Below, one piece after another: positions 62,214 through 64,000 of a DNA stretch of 64,000 bases. The stretch lies in the sequence record PQ898399.1. One strand, 5' to 3'. Under the pieces are notes generated by a model that saw only the letters and a list, made by a program, of their open reading frames with translations, ran no database searches and had not been told where the DNA came from. Every line of letters starts with the position of its first letter. The first letter of the stretch is position 1. Made by a program: the position numbers and the translations under genes.

Positions 62214-62425
62214 ACAAATTTGCTAAAATGGCTCTTGAAGGAGCTATCTCTGAACTTAAGGCTCGTGCGATTGATTATGGTTCAGCAAAGACTCGTATGC
62301 AGCTTGAAGATGGCTATTTGACTTATGAAGACCTGGCTACTGAAACAATGCAAGCCAAAGCTCGATATGATGAAGCTGAAGCACGTGTAAACCTCATTAT
62401 CGAGGAAATTGCTAATGCCCATTAA
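62210..62425 (+). CDS. Hypothetical alpha-helical protein
   Basis: Overlaps the previous stop; SD GGA. Confidence 0.65.
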   Translation: MNKFAKMALEGAISELKARAIDYGSAKTRMQLEDGYLTYEDLATETMQAKARYDEAEARVNLIIEEIANAH

Positions 62426-62756
62426 ACTTCTGCTCGAAAAATATTGTAAAGCATCTTATGGATATGCTTATGGACTTCGTGTAAATGACAATTCTGTTAA
62501 AGCAGAACAAGAGCTTGAAAGTATAGCTCGTGATTTAGACGAAGCTGGAGATAATTTACGTAAAGCAATTAAAGAATATAACTCAATTGCTTTGTCAAAT
62601 CGATTAATAAGTTTGCTTAGTAATCATGTATTTGCTCAAGGTTCATATCTTTCAGCATTACTAGATGGTCGCAAAGAAGAATGGTTAGCTAAAACTCTGG
62701 AAGATTATAATAAGTCTAAATCTGACCTTAATGACTTTGTAAAGGAACTTGAATGA
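62415..62756 (+). CDS. Hypothetical alpha-helical protein
   Basis: SD GAGGA; overlaps the pseT start. Confidence 0.68.
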   Translation: MPIKLLLEKYCKASYGYAYGLRVNDNSVKAEQELESIARDLDEAGDNLRKAIKEYNSIALSNRLISLLSNHVFAQGSYLSALLDGRKEEWLAKTLEDYNKSKSDLNDFVKELE

Positions 62757-63640
62757 AAAAGATTATTTTGACTCGTGGTGCGCCGGGTTGCGGAAAGTCA
62801 ACTTGGGCTAATGAATATGTTGCTAAAAATCCTGGTTGGTACATTCTGTCTCGTGATGATTTCCGTGAAAAGCTGTTTGGCCTTGATGCTCGCAATGCTT
62901 ACAAATATTCTAAGCATAAAGAGCGTGCAGTAACAGCTGCTCAAATTTCTGCTGCAGTGTCTCTGCTTGACCTTGAACACACCAAAGGTGTTATCGTCTG
63001 CGACACTAACTTGAACCCTAAAACCGTCGAGAAATGGGAACTTCGTTTCAAAGGTCTGTATGAAATGTCTTTCCAGGACTTCCATGTTCCTTGGACTGAA
63101 CTGGTTAAGCGCAACCAATATCGTGGTGATAAAGCAGTCCCGATTGATGTTCTGCGCCATTTTTATGCGCTGATGGAAGTTGAGAAAGTTTACGTTCCTG
63201 ATTTGTCTAAACCAAAAGCGGTTATCTTTGACCTTGATGGAACTCTTGCAGATAACCATCATCGTTCACCATTTGACCTTGATAAATGTGCTGAAGATGC
63301 TCCAAAAGAAATGGTTATTGAACTCCTGAAAATGCTTCGGCAGAAAGGGTTTAAAATTCTTACTGTATCTGGGCGCGAATCTGGTACAAAAGAAGATGAA
63401 ACTGTCTATCGTCGCATGACTCAGAAATGGGTATTAGACCATGTCGGTGAAACTCATGGGCATTGGCAGCGTAAGCAAGGTGATTCTCGTAAAGATGATA
63501 TCGTAAAAGAAGAAATCTTCTGGCGAGATATTGCTCCTCATTATAACATTAAGCTTGCAGTTGATGACCGAGCACAAGTAGTTGAAATGTGGCGTCGTAT
63601 CGGTGTTGAATGCTGGCAAGTTGCTCATGGAGATTTCTAA
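62753..63640 (+). CDS. pseT: Polynucleotide 5'-kinase / 3'-phosphatase
   Basis: GAPGCGKST P-loop, SRDDFR, DLDGT HAD motif, VSGRE, AVDDRAQVVEMWRRIG. Confidence 0.97.
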   Translation: MKKIILTRGAPGCGKSTWANEYVAKNPGWYILSRDDFREKLFGLDARNAYKYSKHKERAVTAAQISAAVSLLDLEHTKGVIVCDTNLNPKTVEKWELRFKGLYEMSFQDFHVPWTELVKRNQYRGDKAVPIDVLRHFYALMEVEKVYVPDLSKPKAVIFDLDGTLADNHHRSPFDLDKCAEDAPKEMVIELLKMLRQKGFKILTVSGRESGTKEDETVYRRMTQKWVLDHVGETHGHWQRKQGDSRKDDIVKEEIFWRDIAPHYNIKLAVDDRAQVVEMWRRIGVECWQVAHGDF

Positions 63641-63831
63641 TGGGTAAGCATGAATGTTGGGTTATCATTAATAGCGATACTGGTTGTGTAGTTGTATTTG
63701 AAAAACAGTATTGCGCGTATATGGATGAAGGTTCGGCTTGGGAAGTATGTTTGAAAGCTCGTAAAACCAATCCAGAGCTAAATTTTACTGTAAAGAAAAC
63801 TAAGCTCATGCTTCCATGGTATCGTCAATAA
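63640..63831 (+). CDS. Hypothetical protein
   Basis: TAATG coupling to pseT. Confidence 0.6.
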   Translation: MGKHECWVIINSDTGCVVVFEKQYCAYMDEGSAWEVCLKARKTNPELNFTVKKTKLMLPWYRQ

Positions 63832-63844
63832 TGCATAAGGTGAA

Positions 63845-64000
63845 ATGATGTATAATAAACACGAACAGGTCAAAGAGGAAGCTTACAAGCTTCTTCGTGA
63901 AATTGTCGGTATGAATATGACGCCTGAGCTAATCAATAAGCTTGCTCAAATTCGCACCGATATGAACTCTCGATACAAAGATGAGTATTATGTAGAGTTC
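63845..64000 (+). CDS. Hypothetical protein, 3' truncated by window edge
   Basis: SD AAGGTG; open to the end of the window. Confidence 0.6.
   Translation, partial: MMYNKHEQVKEEAYKLLREIVGMNMTPELINKLAQIRTDMNSRYKDEYYVEF

Noticed and set aside
1-64000. tRNA, rRNA, CRISPR array, integrase or transposase
   Set aside because: No cloverleaf-like or regularly spaced repeat-spacer structures and no such ORFs seen; intergenic gaps are short and mostly explained by promoters and terminators

Overview
A 64 kb segment of a lytic T4-type (Tevenvirinae/Straboviridae-like) myophage genome, running from the end of gene 62 through 43, 42, uvsX, 41, 61, 56, soc, dda, dexA, 39/60, rIIA/B, denB, ndd, 52, motA, asiA (all +), the lysis/long-tail-fibre block t-38-37-36-35-34 (-), then rnh, dsbA, 33, 59, 32, frd, td, nrdA/B, denA, rnlA, alc, spanins and pseT (+). 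Gene order is collinear with T4. The hydroxymethylcytosine kit is present (42, 56, alc, denA, denB), with two glucosyltransferases overlapped with gene 42. I found no tRNAs, CRISPR arrays, introns or homing endonucleases, and topoisomerase 39+60 is one unbroken ORF. Gene names come from my recollection of T4-family protein sequences and from synteny, not from a database search. Strongest leads: (1) a late-expressed 511-aa protein that appears to fuse a Hoc-type capsid-binding domain to an intact SGNH esterase, i.e. a candidate capsid-displayed enzyme; (2) a family of early-promoter cassettes that begin right at the upstream stop codon (stop-CCGTTTAC) and carry inverted repeats masking either the -10 box or the Shine-Dalgarno; (3) a 51-aa late gene built like the soc cassette; (4) a duplicated 18-bp palindromic site after gene 32; (5) a short gp38 adhesin lacking glycine-rich loops; (6) several small acidic or MazG-like candidate anti-defence proteins.
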